Source: Podarcis pityusensis (Eukaryota). Taken from it: 64,000 nucleotides of DNA. A program made the position numbers and the translations under genes. This document shows positions 26,801-38,665 of this stretch, in pieces. The stretch's first letter is position 1, and every line of letters starts with the position of its first letter. The notes under the pieces are model-generated. The model worked only from the letters and a program-made list of their open reading frames with translations. It was not told where the DNA came from and ran no database searches. The stretch lies in assembly GCA_964106645.2 (NCBI GenBank), contig OZ067049.1; one strand, given 5' to 3'.

Positions 26801-27579
26801 AGCCCATCGCGTGGCAAACTGTAATACAATCGAAAGCAGTAGCATACAGAACCATTTAATGTGCTTACTATTAAATCAGCTTCGTGCTATTCAATAGCTT
26901 TTGGTGGTATATTTGGGGACGATTAAACTACATGCTATGATATTTTAGAGACCTCTTGGGGTGGGGGGGGGGGAGGGCTGCTCCTTTGCAGCTTTAAAGT
27001 TAGAAAGTAGCAATGGAGCACTTAACAAAACGCCATGAGTTAAAGGGGGGGGGGGACCTTATCACAAAACTCTGCTATTAATTGCGGTGCTTTAAACTGG
27101 GTACTAAATCGCGCTGCTTAATGATGAGTCATAGAGAAATGTGTCCATGACTTCTGTTGTCGTCCCCCCCCCCCCCCCGCCTCGCCTGCCTCTATTCCCT
27201 TCCTCACAATGCTTGCTGCTGGTGCCGCCGCCGCTGCCTCTCCGGTTTCTCTTTTTGGCCCTGCTCTGCGAGCCGGTGATTTATGAACGCCTGGCAAATT
27301 GGGGGGAAAACACACACACACAAAAAAAGCCAGGACTCCCGCACTGTGGCAACTTTCCACAGTGTGTGAATTAGTACTCGAACGTTATCAAATCGCCTCG
27401 CCTCGCTTTAGGTTTAATCACCAAAAAGGCATAATGCGACCACAAGGCAACTTCGCAACCAAGATGGAACATTTCGTAAATCTCCCCGTCGCTTAAGTCA
27501 AGGCTCCCCAATCAAAAAGGAAGGCAAGTGCAAACAATGAAAGGCAGTCCAGGCACACGACCGGCCTGCGCATACTTAC

Positions 27580-27810
27580 CGACCTCATCCCCCTTATTGC
27601 TCGCTTAAGGAGTTTAAGGAGCCTTGCAAAAGATAAACCAGGTAGGCATGCTTTTTGGGGTTTTTTGTTTTTATATATTAAAAAAAAAAGGAAGTCAAAG
27701 AGGAAGTTCCCTTTCACTTCGGAAAGAATCACTCCTACTAGTGAGAACTGACCGTCACAGATCCATTCGTGAAGATCTGCATTAATTATTTAATGTCACG
27801 TGACATCCCA
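27580..27810 (-). promoter_or_regulatory. Putative distal HOXA3 promoter / non-coding exon
   Basis: 14-bp palindrome ATGTCACGTGACAT (27793-27806) with an ATTAAT motif, followed on the minus strand by a consensus donor G|GTAAGT at 27579. Confidence 0.4.
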
Positions 27811-28419
27811 TCCTTTCTCTCTCTCTCACCCCCAACCCTCCCCTCCCCTCCCCAACCCGGCCAGATTAAAATTTCAATACCCGAGAAGAACAGACACAAC
27901 AGCTTTATCTACCCTCGCAGTGCTTCTCTATTGCTTATTTAGGCCTCATCATCTCGCCGGTTTTTGACAGCTTTTCAGTTTCTGGGGATATCATTTGGGC
28001 ATTAATAACGCGGGGCTTGTCAGGCCCAGGCAGAATGAAGCGGCCGAGCCCCCGAATCAGTCATTTGAATTCGACTTTTTATTGTCAGTGGCAGCAGGTT
28101 GGGGCAGCAGACATGATTTGGAACCCACGCCTTTCATCACAACAGGGACCGCCTGATAAAAAGTCCTGGCTATAGGGATGTCAGGCAGGCGAGTCGGTAA
28201 GAGAACGGCCACGGCGTGGGCCATAACCCTATTTAGTCAGTATTCCCTTTGAACTGGTCGGATGGGGTGACAACTTGATTCTTCTGAGGTCAGCAGGAGT
28301 GTTGCCACCCAGTCCTGGGAGACAAAGGTGTTTCACACCTTGGCCAGTTCCAGAAAGGAAGCGAGGCAGGCGGAAACTCGACTGGACGAGATGCAATGAG
28401 GACTGGCGAGCACTTTAGG

Positions 28420-28816
28420 CGCGGTGGGTTTAATCTAGAACGAGCTAGTTGCACTTAGGGCCCACCGGTTTCAGGCATTAGCAGAGCAATCCTGGCCACG
28501 TCTACTCATAAGCAAGCCCCATTGCATGCAAGGAGGGTGGCTTCCAGGTAAGTGGGGTTAGGCTTGCAGGCTTAATGTCTGACTTGTCGCATCGATTTCA
28601 ATGGCATCCAAGTGCAGGTACCTTAGGTTGGATTCAACCCAGATTTCAACGCGCTTAACTTACAGTTGCCTGAGCATCATATAATTAAAGCACATCTCCG
28701 CTTCCCCCAAGAATCCTTGGAACCATAATTTGTTAAAGGTGCTGGGAACTGTAGTTTTCTGGAGGGGTAAACGACAGCTTTCAGGATTCTTGAAGGAGGG
28801 GTAATATGTGCTTTAA
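28420..28816. mobile_element. Nest of MITE-like palindromic elements
   Basis: 28484-28571 is a copy of the short palindromic family. 28685-28816 is an element with perfect 11-bp TIR TTAAAGCACAT/ATGTGCTTTAA, an internal IR AAGAATCCT/AGGATTCTT and a GGGAACTGTAGT core. Confidence 0.7.
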
Positions 28817-30117
28817 AACGGGGGGGAGGGACTACTGCTTATTATTCATGAAACAGGCAAAAGCGCCAATGAGCTCAAATGGGGTCAAAGTATGAAGTTA
28901 AGAGAACTTGGCGGCCTAATCCTCCTGGGCCGCAGCATGGCCAAAGGAGTGAGTAAATTAAACTGCTCTGGAGGGAGCTGGCAATTAGCAGAACTGCAAA
29001 GCTAACATTTCCCTCAAAGCTGGGCAAGAACAATATCTTCACACCTACTCCTCCTTCTCAACCTAGCCAAGCCTGCGCGTCAGAGATTGTCTCTGCCCGG
29101 AGAGTAGCACTTCTGTCTTAGGTGTCCATCTGTCTCTCTTGTAATGGAAGTGTAGGGAAAAGACACTACTTTCTCTTTCTGAAACTTTCTCTTTCTGTCT
29201 GTCTTTTTTTTTTAATGTCTCTTCTCCGCATACTATAAATCACATCCAAAACCTCGCAGTTCTTGTTTATTGGTCTTCCCGGTCGGTTCACGCTGAGGTT
29301 GCCCGGTGAAATGGTGTCACCAAGATATTGATCTGTATATTTCTGTAGTGAACAAGCTAAGCAAACCGAGGGGCACTTCTCTTAAAAGGAAAGTAGGGAG
29401 GGGAGCAGAGTTTCAAGCTAGTTCTGTAGCGTCTGTTGGGCATGAAAGACTTGGACCAGGAGTGTTGGAGCTTGTAGAATCGTCTGGAGGCCTGCGGCGA
29501 TCATTTCACACGCTCAAAGTTAGCAAATATGAGCCTAAAGTTTGAAGATGGGTTGTGTGTATTGGGGGCAGGGGGGGGAGAGAGAGAGAGAGAGACGAAA
29601 CGGTCCTTCGCAATCCTCTAACCCTACACAGCGCCACGTACACACACGCACACCCTTCTGCTTATAAAATTGGGGAAAATATAGACAGCATGAGATGGAA
29701 ACCAGCCAAATCCCACCAGTCTGGGCCTTCCTCCCTTCTCGTTCCCTTAAATACGCAAACCCATCTCTTCCTGTAGCTGCTGCAACCCAAAATGGCCAGT
29801 CCCTTCTCCAGGAATCCACGTGGCAATCCCTCTTCAGCATTGGATGGTGGCCATGGGTGAATCCCAAAGGCAGCAATAAAATAAAAACGCAAACAAACAA
29901 ACCTGCGCCGCGCATGCCACATCTCTGAGTGGGAGGAAAAGGCAAGCAGCACAATTCTAGCCCTCCTCCCTTGTTTGTTTGTGGTTGGGACCCCTTAGAG
30001 CTTAGACCTTTACGCCCGAATGTTTCAAGGACTGGCATTTGCATATTCTCTGTCTCTGAAACATGAAGGCGCTTCCACCTTTAGGATCCAGAACCGCTTT
30101 CTTTGGTAATATACAAT

Positions 30118-30118
<1 letters not shown>

Positions 30119-30180
<62 letters not shown>
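30119..30180. repeat. (GT)n(GA)n compound microsatellite
   Basis: Visible runs. Confidence 0.95.
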
Positions 30181-30185
<5 letters not shown>

Positions 30186-30300
30186 GGGCAAGAGGAGCAG
30201 ATTTAGGTCCAGCAGCTAGAAAGAATCCTGCCTTTAAAGGTCAAGGGTTTGATGGGTCAGTCTGCTTCTCTTAAAAAAACAATTAATGGGATAGAAAATT

Positions 30301-30317
30301 TGTCCTTTCGGTGAACT
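30301..30317 (-). promoter_or_regulatory. HOXA4 3' DR5 RARE (Hox4 neural-enhancer type)
   Basis: AGTTCA-ccgaa-AGGACA about 2.9 kb 3' of the HOXA4 stop. The AGGACA second half-site is characteristic of Hox4 3' RAREs. Confidence 0.85.
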
Positions 30318-31428
30318 CTCCCCATTGCCCTCGCACAAACCAGGACAATGGTCGGGTGTAGTTTTCGAACTTATTGTTACATCGATTATGGCAGCCAAGC
30401 AAAAAAAAAAAAATCAACACCTACACATCACAGTGAAGAGCACTGCGTTTTCAAGGGGAAAGGCATAAACAGAAAAACAACAACCCCCAAAATCAAATAA
30501 AAACATTACCTTGAATGATGTTGATCTGCCACGTGCATTTTCCAGTCTTCGTTCTGTTCTCCACCCAGAAAGTATACATTTTCATGGCACAGCCAAGCGA
30601 CTGTGTCTTTCTACATGAACCCATTTTCCCCAGGAAAATCCTTCGTGTCTTCTCAGACCTTTTTCCAAGAGAATGCCTTTCAGAATCGCTGTTGAATTAC
30701 AAAGAAGTATTTATTGTAGGAGGTGATTAATGATTCCTAGTAAAATTGCTATTTTCAGCGTGATTTCATTTCGGGCTCCCTTCCCCCCCCCCAATGGAGA
30801 AAGAGGGGGAGGGAAAGGGGGGTGATCCAAACGTAATACTACGGAAGTCAGGGAAGATCCGCAATCATACTTCAATACTAATCATTGATTTAACAGTTTT
30901 GGGACACTCCTCTTGATTTTCGAGCGTCAGTGGATTTAGCAGAAGAGAATTCTCCAGGGTAGACCAAACAAAGACTTTAGACAAAAAGAGGTCCATGTTA
31001 ACAGGGAGGAGAGGGGGCGATATTGTTTTCCAGCCTATTCTCTTTTATTTCTTAACAACAAGCAAACAAACATGCGGGACAGGGGACTTCAAGGATATAG
31101 TAAATAAGAAAGGAAGTCCTTTGGGGTGGTTCAGTTCGACGCACACTTCCAGATTATTCACAGCAATGTTTACTTCTCTTTTGCACGGCAAGTGAGACCA
31201 CAACTTTTCAAATGGCGATGTCACCCTTCCCAGCCCAATGGACGAAGGATACATTTAAACTATCTGCTTATGCTTCCACGGCAGTTCTATCTGAGCTGTC
31301 TACAGGCTTTTGGGCTCAATGCGCCATTTAAGTCTCCAATATAAACCAGCATCGGATTATAGTTCTGGATATCAGAACGGGCCCAGAACTGTATTCCACT
31401 CTCCAGGAGGAGAATTGCTACTTATAAG

Positions 31429-31515
31429 AGTGCAACCCTAGACACACTTACCTGGAAATAAGCCTCACTGTGCAACAGTGGGACTTGCCTCGGAGTAAAC
31501 ATCCATTGGGGTGTA
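31429..31515. mobile_element. Short palindromic repeat copy
   Basis: CACTTACCTGGAAATAAGCCTCACTG...CAGTGGGACTTGCCTCGGAGTAAACAT is similar to the 52917 copy. Confidence 0.5.
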
Positions 31516-32404
31516 AACTAGCAACTTTCACCTGTACTTATTGCGTGGGTTGGTTAAGCTGTTCAGAAGACACCCCACACCAATGAACCTCCATGTCAAG
31601 GGCATCATCTGGCTTTACCATAATGTTTTGGGTGTGCGGCTTTAACGCTTCCGGTTTGTTCCCCTGCCAAAGAGCGGTGGGCCATTGGAATTCGACCCTC
31701 TTCCCCCCTGTGGAAAGTTACTGCGGCTGGAATAAACCAAGGGGTCTCTACTGATGCTGCAATATGTTTAAGCATTGATAGTGCAGTGTTACTATTACTG
31801 TTATTATTCCCTTCATTCTACTGGATTAACCCCGTTTCTCTTCACGCAAGGCGGGAAAGAGCTATATTTCCCCAATGGTGTAGGCAGAGGACACATGTCA
31901 TGAATGAGAATTTGGGGGGATGGACGCCTTTCTTGTTCTACACACAGTGGACTGTATCCTGTAGAAGGAGTGGCTAAGCCGAAGCGCCTCCTGAGGGAAA
32001 TGGGCAGGCTGCGCAGGCCGATCCACAACTCACTTAAAACTGGGTACTTGGATGGCAGCCTATTCAGCCCATCTACAACGACACCCCCCGGCAACCTGTT
32101 TCAATGGGAATTACTCCCAACTCTCTGGTTTCCATAGGCGCTTTGGTCTATGGTCCTATGTGGAATCCAGCGTCATCGAAAACGATGTGACTTCCTTACA
32201 CATAAAGTGGTTAGGGTGTTTGGGACAGAGAAACGTTACTCCTTAATAAAACTAATTCGACTATAATGAAGGTGCTCGGCCTCTCCCAAGGAATGGGTTG
32301 AACAGCATGTACACATGACATCTTCGAGAGTTTTCATGTTTATGTCAACAAAGTCACATTCTAGGCAAATGCACGCTTCTCACGGTGTGTCTAGTGCCTT
32401 AAGT

Positions 32405-32410
32405 TTTATT
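32405..32410 (-). terminator. HOXA4 polyadenylation signal
   Basis: AATAAA (minus) about 800 nt after the HOXA4 stop. Confidence 0.55.
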
Positions 32411-33206
32411 TTTGTACAGAGAGGTGTGGTTTTGTTTTGTTTTGTTTTATTACCAGCACTGGACATTATATATACATCACACATTCACAAATGTGTACAC
32501 ATAGATTTCACAAACTGTACACGGACGTTTGACTATGGCAAGACACGGAGACAGAAATAGCCTTTATAGCAATATTGGTATACTTTTCTTTTTCTTTTTT
32601 TATAAAAAAGTAACAAATGCACCGTCGGGGGAGGATAATGCATCACGACTACAGCAGAGACTACACTTTTTTGTTCTTATTACACAGAAAACATACTTTC
32701 TTGGTCGGTAAGGGCTGGAGGGTGCTGGGATCTCTGGGCATCTTCCCCACTCCAACTTTCCAAAATACTTCCACGTCATAAGATGGCTTTGCTTCTGTCT
32801 GTAATTGAGAGTCCACGAATGTTCCACGAAACAAGACAAAGTCTATGACTTACACACACATGTCACAAAGTCACTTATTAACATATGTTGACACCTTAAA
32901 ACATATCTGCAAAGGGTCCTTCTTAGGTACAGGATCCATCCTCAACTCTTTAATGATGCTGCAGGTGGACCGTATTTCCATAAATAAATTAAAAAAAAGA
33001 AACATGGTGGGAATGGAAAGGTCATATTTACAGAAGGTGAACACTTTGTCCAAGGTGTTTGGTTTTGGTTTTTGGTTTAAACACACGTGCCCTGTGACTG
33101 GTTCTTGTTCTGCATTTATGCCCCTTAATATAGTCCCTATGGCAAATTAAATCAGGCAGGAGCGGGACGTGTGATGGGTTAGGGTGTCCCTGCGTCTGTC
33201 GGGCCA

Positions 33207-33541
33207 TCAGAGCGCTGCTGAGTTTGGGGTCGCCCTACCCCTGGGCGGTGGTGTCTGATGGTGCTGTGCTGACGCTTTGGCTTGCTGGCTAAGACTGGAG
33301 GGGTTGGAGGAGCGCATCTTGGTGTTGGGCAGCTTGTGGTCCTTCTTCCACTTCATCCTCCTGTTCTGAAACCAAATCTTGACCTGGCGCTCGGAGAGGC
33401 AGAGCGTGTGCGCGATCTCGATGCGTCGCCTCCTGGTCAGGTAGCGGTTAAAATGGAACTCCTTCTCCAGCTCCAGGACTTGCTGTCTGGTGTAGGCAGT
33501 TCGAGACCTTTTGGGCTCGCCTCCAGTGTAATTGGGGTTGA
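33207..33541 (-). CDS. HOXA4: HOXA4 exon 2 (homeodomain)
   Basis: Acceptor ctcAG at 33543-33542. (V)[77 protein letters not shown]..., TGA at 33209-33207. Confidence 0.97.
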
Positions 33542-33794
33542 CTGAGCGTACACAGGGGCGCACACACACGCACACACACACACACGCACGGACACAAAGG
33601 AGAAGAAGGCAACGGAACATTATCATTATTATATAATAACTCGACACTGGGTTTAGATTAGCCACAGAAGCGGGGAAGAAAATGGTTCACAGGCTCGTGA
33701 CAATAGGAGACAATTGGGGAGCCATAAAAAATGGTGACGGGCATTTGGGTTCAAGAAAAGCTTCAAAGAGACGTGGCCCAGAGCCACAGGCAGG

Positions 33795-33856
33795 GCGATT
33801 AAATTTATGGGGACTATAATTACTGCCCTAACAGTTTGGCGTCTCGTAAATCTCTT
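33795..33856. promoter_or_regulatory. HB1 homeodomain-site cluster in HOXA4 intron
   Basis: GATTAAATTTATGGGGACTATAATTACTG...CTCGTAAATC, clustered TAAT/TTAT/GTAAA sites. This is the established conserved Hox4 intron element. Confidence 0.75.
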
Positions 33857-34058
33857 GATAAAGGGCCCCGAGTACAAAAGGCTTCTCACGTGTGCGTGCG
33901 CGCTTTTTTAAAATTAGGAAATGCGCCAGCACACACACATACACACGTATATGCACCCAACCTCGGAGTCCAGCCTAGCCCAGCCTCCTCCACCTCGCCA
34001 CGCACACAAACACATACAAGCCATCCCGGCTCCCCTTGGAAGAAGGTGGTCAACTCAC

Positions 34059-34755
34059 CCGTGTTAACATGGACCTTCTTCATCCAAGGGTACACCACCG
34101 GCTCCTTGCCTTTCAGGCCGGGCAAGCTCTTGTCCGGCAAGAGCGGGCAGGCAGGGATTCCCCCGGGCGCTGTCGCCGCCGCTGCTGCTTCGCAATGGCG
34201 CTGGTGGGGCTGAGGCGGTGGCGGGACGTGGCCTTGGAGCAAGGGCTGGCTCGGGGCATGGTGGCCCTTCCGCGCGGGAGTCTGTGGAGCAGGCGGTGGC
34301 GGCGGAGGAGGCAGGGGCGGAGGAGGAGGCGGTGGCGGCGAGGCTCCGGGAGGCGGCTGCTCCTGGCCCGGAGTGGCGCTGAGGCTGCTGTAGCTATAAG
34401 GCGACTCCGGGTAGTGGTGGGGTGGCTGCGCGGGGTACAGCGCCTCGGGAGGAGGAGGCGGAGGCGGCGGCGGCGGCGCTGGCGGCTGGTATCCGGGCTC
34501 CCTGCTCGGCCGCTGGTAGTAATCGGGGAGAGGCTGGCCGGGGTGAGCCTGGTGGTGCTGCTGGCGCAGGTGCTGCTGCGGCTGAGGGTGGTGGTGATGG
34601 GGTTGCTGGTGGTGGGGCTGGTTCTGGTGGTGGTGGTGGTAGCTGCTCCCGCCGCCGCCGCCGCCGCCGCCGCCGCCGAGCTGCGAATATTCCTCGCAAG
34701 GAGGGAATTTGGGCTCGATGTAGTTGGAGTTTATCAAAAACGAACTCATGGTCAT
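34059..34755 (-). CDS. HOXA4: HOXA4 exon 1
   Basis: ATG at 34755: MTMSSFLINSNYIEPKFPPCEEY...GKEPVVYPWMKKVHVNT. Donor G|GTGAGT at 34058. Length 697 nt, phase 1. Spliced protein is 343 aa. Confidence 0.97.
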
Positions 34756-35008
34756 TAATTTGTGAAGTGCAAAAATACTAATTTTTCTCGCGTTGTCGTT
34801 TTTCTGGGCTCGAGGAGGCCCCTCCCCTCCTCCCCCTTCTTCCTTCCTTCCCTCCCTCCCTCTTTCCTTCCTTCCCTCCCTCCCTCCCTCCTCCTCCTCC
34901 TCCAACCCCCCCTTGCTGCTGTTGTCAAGCGCCTGCTGCCAAAGTTTGGGCCTCCGCTCCCCCCTTCCTTTCCAATTCCCACCCCAAGAGCCTGGAACAC
35001 ACGCGCGC

Positions 35009-35012
<4 letters not shown>

Positions 35013-35048
<36 letters not shown>
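35013..35048. repeat. (CA)n microsatellite upstream of HOXA4
   Basis: Visible run. Confidence 0.95.
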
Positions 35049-35052
<4 letters not shown>

Positions 35053-38000
35053 CAGTGCCACCCCCACCACCTGACCGGCAGGGCCAATTGCTACGCGGTT
35101 GGCAGAGCCCGGATCAGGAAATGAAACGCTGGTGGACAAGCCCAGGACGGTCCCTGTCTGCCTGTCTTGCCTTTCTCGCAGCAGAGGCAAGGAGAAGCTG
35201 GAGATTCCTTTCTGCGCGCTCCAGACAGCGGCAGTCAGAACCGAAGTCGGCGCAAGCGGCCTAACTAGAGAATTAGGCCCAGAGGAAAGCCTCCGGGCCA
35301 TGCAGCTGTGGGCGAGGGGGCTGCTGCTTTGAGCGAGTTTCCCCAGTGAAAGCAGCGAGGGATCCTTGCTTGACATGCTAGGTCACCTAAGACTAACCAC
35401 GCACGGTCGTTACCCCTTTAAACAGCTATGTGCTACTTAGAGTCAAGGTGGTTTAGACAGTGATCTGGGGCAGCCCAGAAGTGTATGTCGCAGGAGACGT
35501 CCTTGTGCGCTATCATGATGAGGGAACCAAGGGTAGTCCTTATTCCGGAATAATATATCCTCCTGAACACAAGCTGGGAGTTTGCGCATGTGTGCTATTT
35601 CTGACCACAAGCATCAGGCCGTGGGTAGCAACAGTGTGAGCAAAGTGACTGAGCGCCAGCATTGTATATGTATCTGAAACCAAACATCAAACGCAGCGTA
35701 CGGTTTCGCTCTCTGTATCTCCAGCCCTTACCAAGTCATTGAAAGCAAAGGAAACGCAGTGTCCTCCCGAGACATAAAAGGGCACCCGAGATCGCGTGGT
35801 TTCGGGGGCATCAATGAGTGATTGGACGGTAGCAGTGCAATCAATGAGACCAGTCGATCCTATGAAAACAGAGACCACCTAATTGCAACTAGCTATTTGT
35901 TTCTCTCTGATACCTCCCGGGGGCTTTTAAATGTTGCTCTTTTACGATAATTTAATTATTTTTAAAATCTTCCACCCCGTGGCAAATTTGGAGCTGCGGG
36001 GGCATATCATTAAATAGAAAGGCCAATATAAAAAGACTTTTTTAAAAAAAGGTGAATAGATTTTAATCAAAACCTCCAGCAGACTAGAGAGGCAGTTAAA
36101 ATCAAGAATTAAGCCCATTCACATGCCTATATAAATAAATAAAGCTATCTAGTGCCCAGGAAACAGTATTTCCCTTTAAGAAAGCGAGAAAGGGAGAGGA
36201 ATTGGTTATTTAAAACAGAACACACTGTTATCTTTCACAAGTACCGTAAACATTGCAGTTGAGCGTCGTGAATAGTCTCTTCGACTTGCATTACGATTGC
36301 TGGAAATTGATCCGTTTGCATGACAGGAAGGAAAGGGAGGCGATGGCCTGACCTGGGGGGGGGTGTAATTGAAATCTGGACATTAAACTAGCCTTTATAA
36401 TAGTTTATATTAATTCAACCGCTTGGTAGGTCTAGTGACCCACCTTCGTTTTTAATATTTGAGCCTTTAGGGACACACCCATGTAATATAATATTAATAT
36501 TAGTAAGACATAATAAGAATTTGGAACTTGCTAAAATGCTGCTCTGCCCTCTTCCCAAAGAACCAGTTTAGTTTTAAGAAAAATATCCATATAATAGGAG
36601 TGTTCATTCTCATCGTGATTATTTCACTCGAAGTGTGACTTTTTCGGTTGTATCAACCGCTCATAGCGTTCATGTGGATGACGACTGCATCTAGATTAAC
36701 CAGCTACAATTCTTTGTGTATAAATGTGTGTCAGTGCGCTCAATAGGTCCCGTTTTTATGCTCTCGTTGAATTTCTCTTCCTCTACTCTGTGCGTCTCCC
36801 TTAAACTGCTGAGACCTTGTTCCACGATAACAACAATAATAGTAATAACACTATTAATAATAATAATAAAAGTGCTGGTTTCCAGATACTATCGGAAATA
36901 CCTCCGTCCTGGAAATGGCAAGAGCCCTCCTCACCCCCCACCTTGCACATCTCCAGTGGATATTCTATGTTTGCAAAGCTTTCTCGAATGCACCATACAC
37001 TGTGGAAGCAAATATGATGCCACTGGCAAGTGGCAGGCCGTAAAACACTCGCATACAATGCGGAAGTCAAATACCAGGATCCAACACTTGGCTTTTTAAC
37101 GCTGATTGCGCGCCTGTGACATTTGCAGGAATGACAACCGGCTCCAGTCCCGTTTTATGGTTTCAGGGAATAGTAGACCGGGATGCAAAGCTGCCCCTTT
37201 GGGGAGGTCTTTTGCTACTTACAAACAGCAACAATTAAGCCCATGGTTGGTGTTAAACGGCTAACGCAAAGGCGCAGGGTTTTGTTTCGCTTTTCCCTCC
37301 CCCTTTTCTCGCACACGCTGAAATGGACGGTGCGATTCTGGCACAGAAACACTGCAAGATGCACCTCTGACATAAACACTATCAATTTCCCTTGAGATCA
37401 AGCGGCGCCCTTGCATCTGAGGGCGATAGTAAATACCAGAAAACCACCATGCGTCAAAACCGCAGGTTTTTTCCCCAAAACAAAACAAGAAAAGAAACCA
37501 CAACAATACAAGGAAAGCAGGTACCTTTTCTCTTTTTTTGTCTGTTGATTATTACCTTCGGAGAACGTCCCAGGGGCTGTTTAATATTAGCTCTCCTGAT
37601 TGTATCTCAGAGCCTGGTCTGTTTCCCCCTGGTCAGCTTTCCACTGGGTGTCTCCTTTGCTCAGTTGCAACAAGCAATGAATACGATTCTAGAGCTGGGG
37701 CTGTAAATCTCCAAGGTGACCTAAGCTGCTCAGCTGCGGGAGCAGCCAGGGTTTCTCTCCCCCCCACCCCCACCTCCATGGGATTCTATCAGGCTGCAGA
37801 GATGGGCCTGTTCCTTGTCTTTGCGGTTTACATATCATAAACAAGAGCCCAGCCAAGACCACCAAGTTGTTATCTCATATGCGGCGGTTTCCACGTTCAG
37901 CCTCCCCTCCCGCTCCCTCCAGAGATTTATGGCTCCGCGGAGCAAATCCCGGAACGAACCTACACCGAACCCTGAACCCTGGCCTCCTGAAACTGCTTCA

Positions 38001-38648
38001 GAGCATCGCCTATCTTTTTTTTTTTTTAAACCACACACATTTCAGTGAGGGGGATTTCAGCACCAAGACCTCATCATCATCGCAGATCAAGGGAGGCTGA
38101 AGTTTAGCAGCTAACCAGTGAAGAACGTGGAAGATTGACCGAAATGAAAGTTGATGGCAAGATAAAATCCGAGGTTCCCAAGAAACAGGAGCCCGTCTCA
38201 GAACTGGAGCAAACCAAGTAAATGGATAAGCGGAGAGTGCCAACCCCGACTAGCAAGTTCAGAGTGTAAATATAGATGTGTGTGCGCGCGCATCGCAATC
38301 TTAGGTTGCGCTTTTATAGATAATCTATGCAATTAAACTTTCCAACTTGCCCACGCGCCTGGGAGGGAGAGAGGGAGCGAGCAAGGAATAGAGACGCGGG
38401 CGGGGGGGGGAGGCGGGGTGGCGGTGGAGAGCGACACCCGGCAGCCTGGCTTGAATTTGATTCGAGGCATTTTGAATATATTTAACCCAGCTTTCACTCT
38501 TGAATGCAAGCCTGCCCCAAGTTTCAAAGTGACCGAAAAGTGACACCGGGCGCATTTTGTTTCTTATTAATCTTACACATTGACAGTCTTTGTTAAATAA
38601 CAAGGCGTGCCCTTCACAAAGCGACATTTTCATATTTGTTAGACGCGC

Positions 38649-38665
38649 TGACCTGAAGTTCACCT
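38649..38665 (-). promoter_or_regulatory. HOXA4 5' DR5 RARE
   Basis: AGGTGA-acttc-AGGTCA about 3.9 kb upstream of the HOXA4 ATG, the form established for the Hoxa4 upstream RARE. Confidence 0.88.

Noticed and set aside
34036-34781. Long antisense/alternate-frame ORFs over HOXA4 exon 1 (likewise over HOXA2, HOXA3, HOXA5 and HOXA7)
   Set aside because: Shadows of GC-rich, repeat-rich coding sequence, with no recognisable domains.
34756-35376. 207-codon in-frame N-terminal extension of HOXA4 (496-aa ORF)
   Set aside because: It runs through (CA)n and purine-rich promoter repeats where stops are scarce and frame is unstable. The conserved start is MTMSSFLINS.
37400-37430. CTCF-like sequence upstream of HOXA4
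   Set aside because: Too many mismatches to the core to call by eye.
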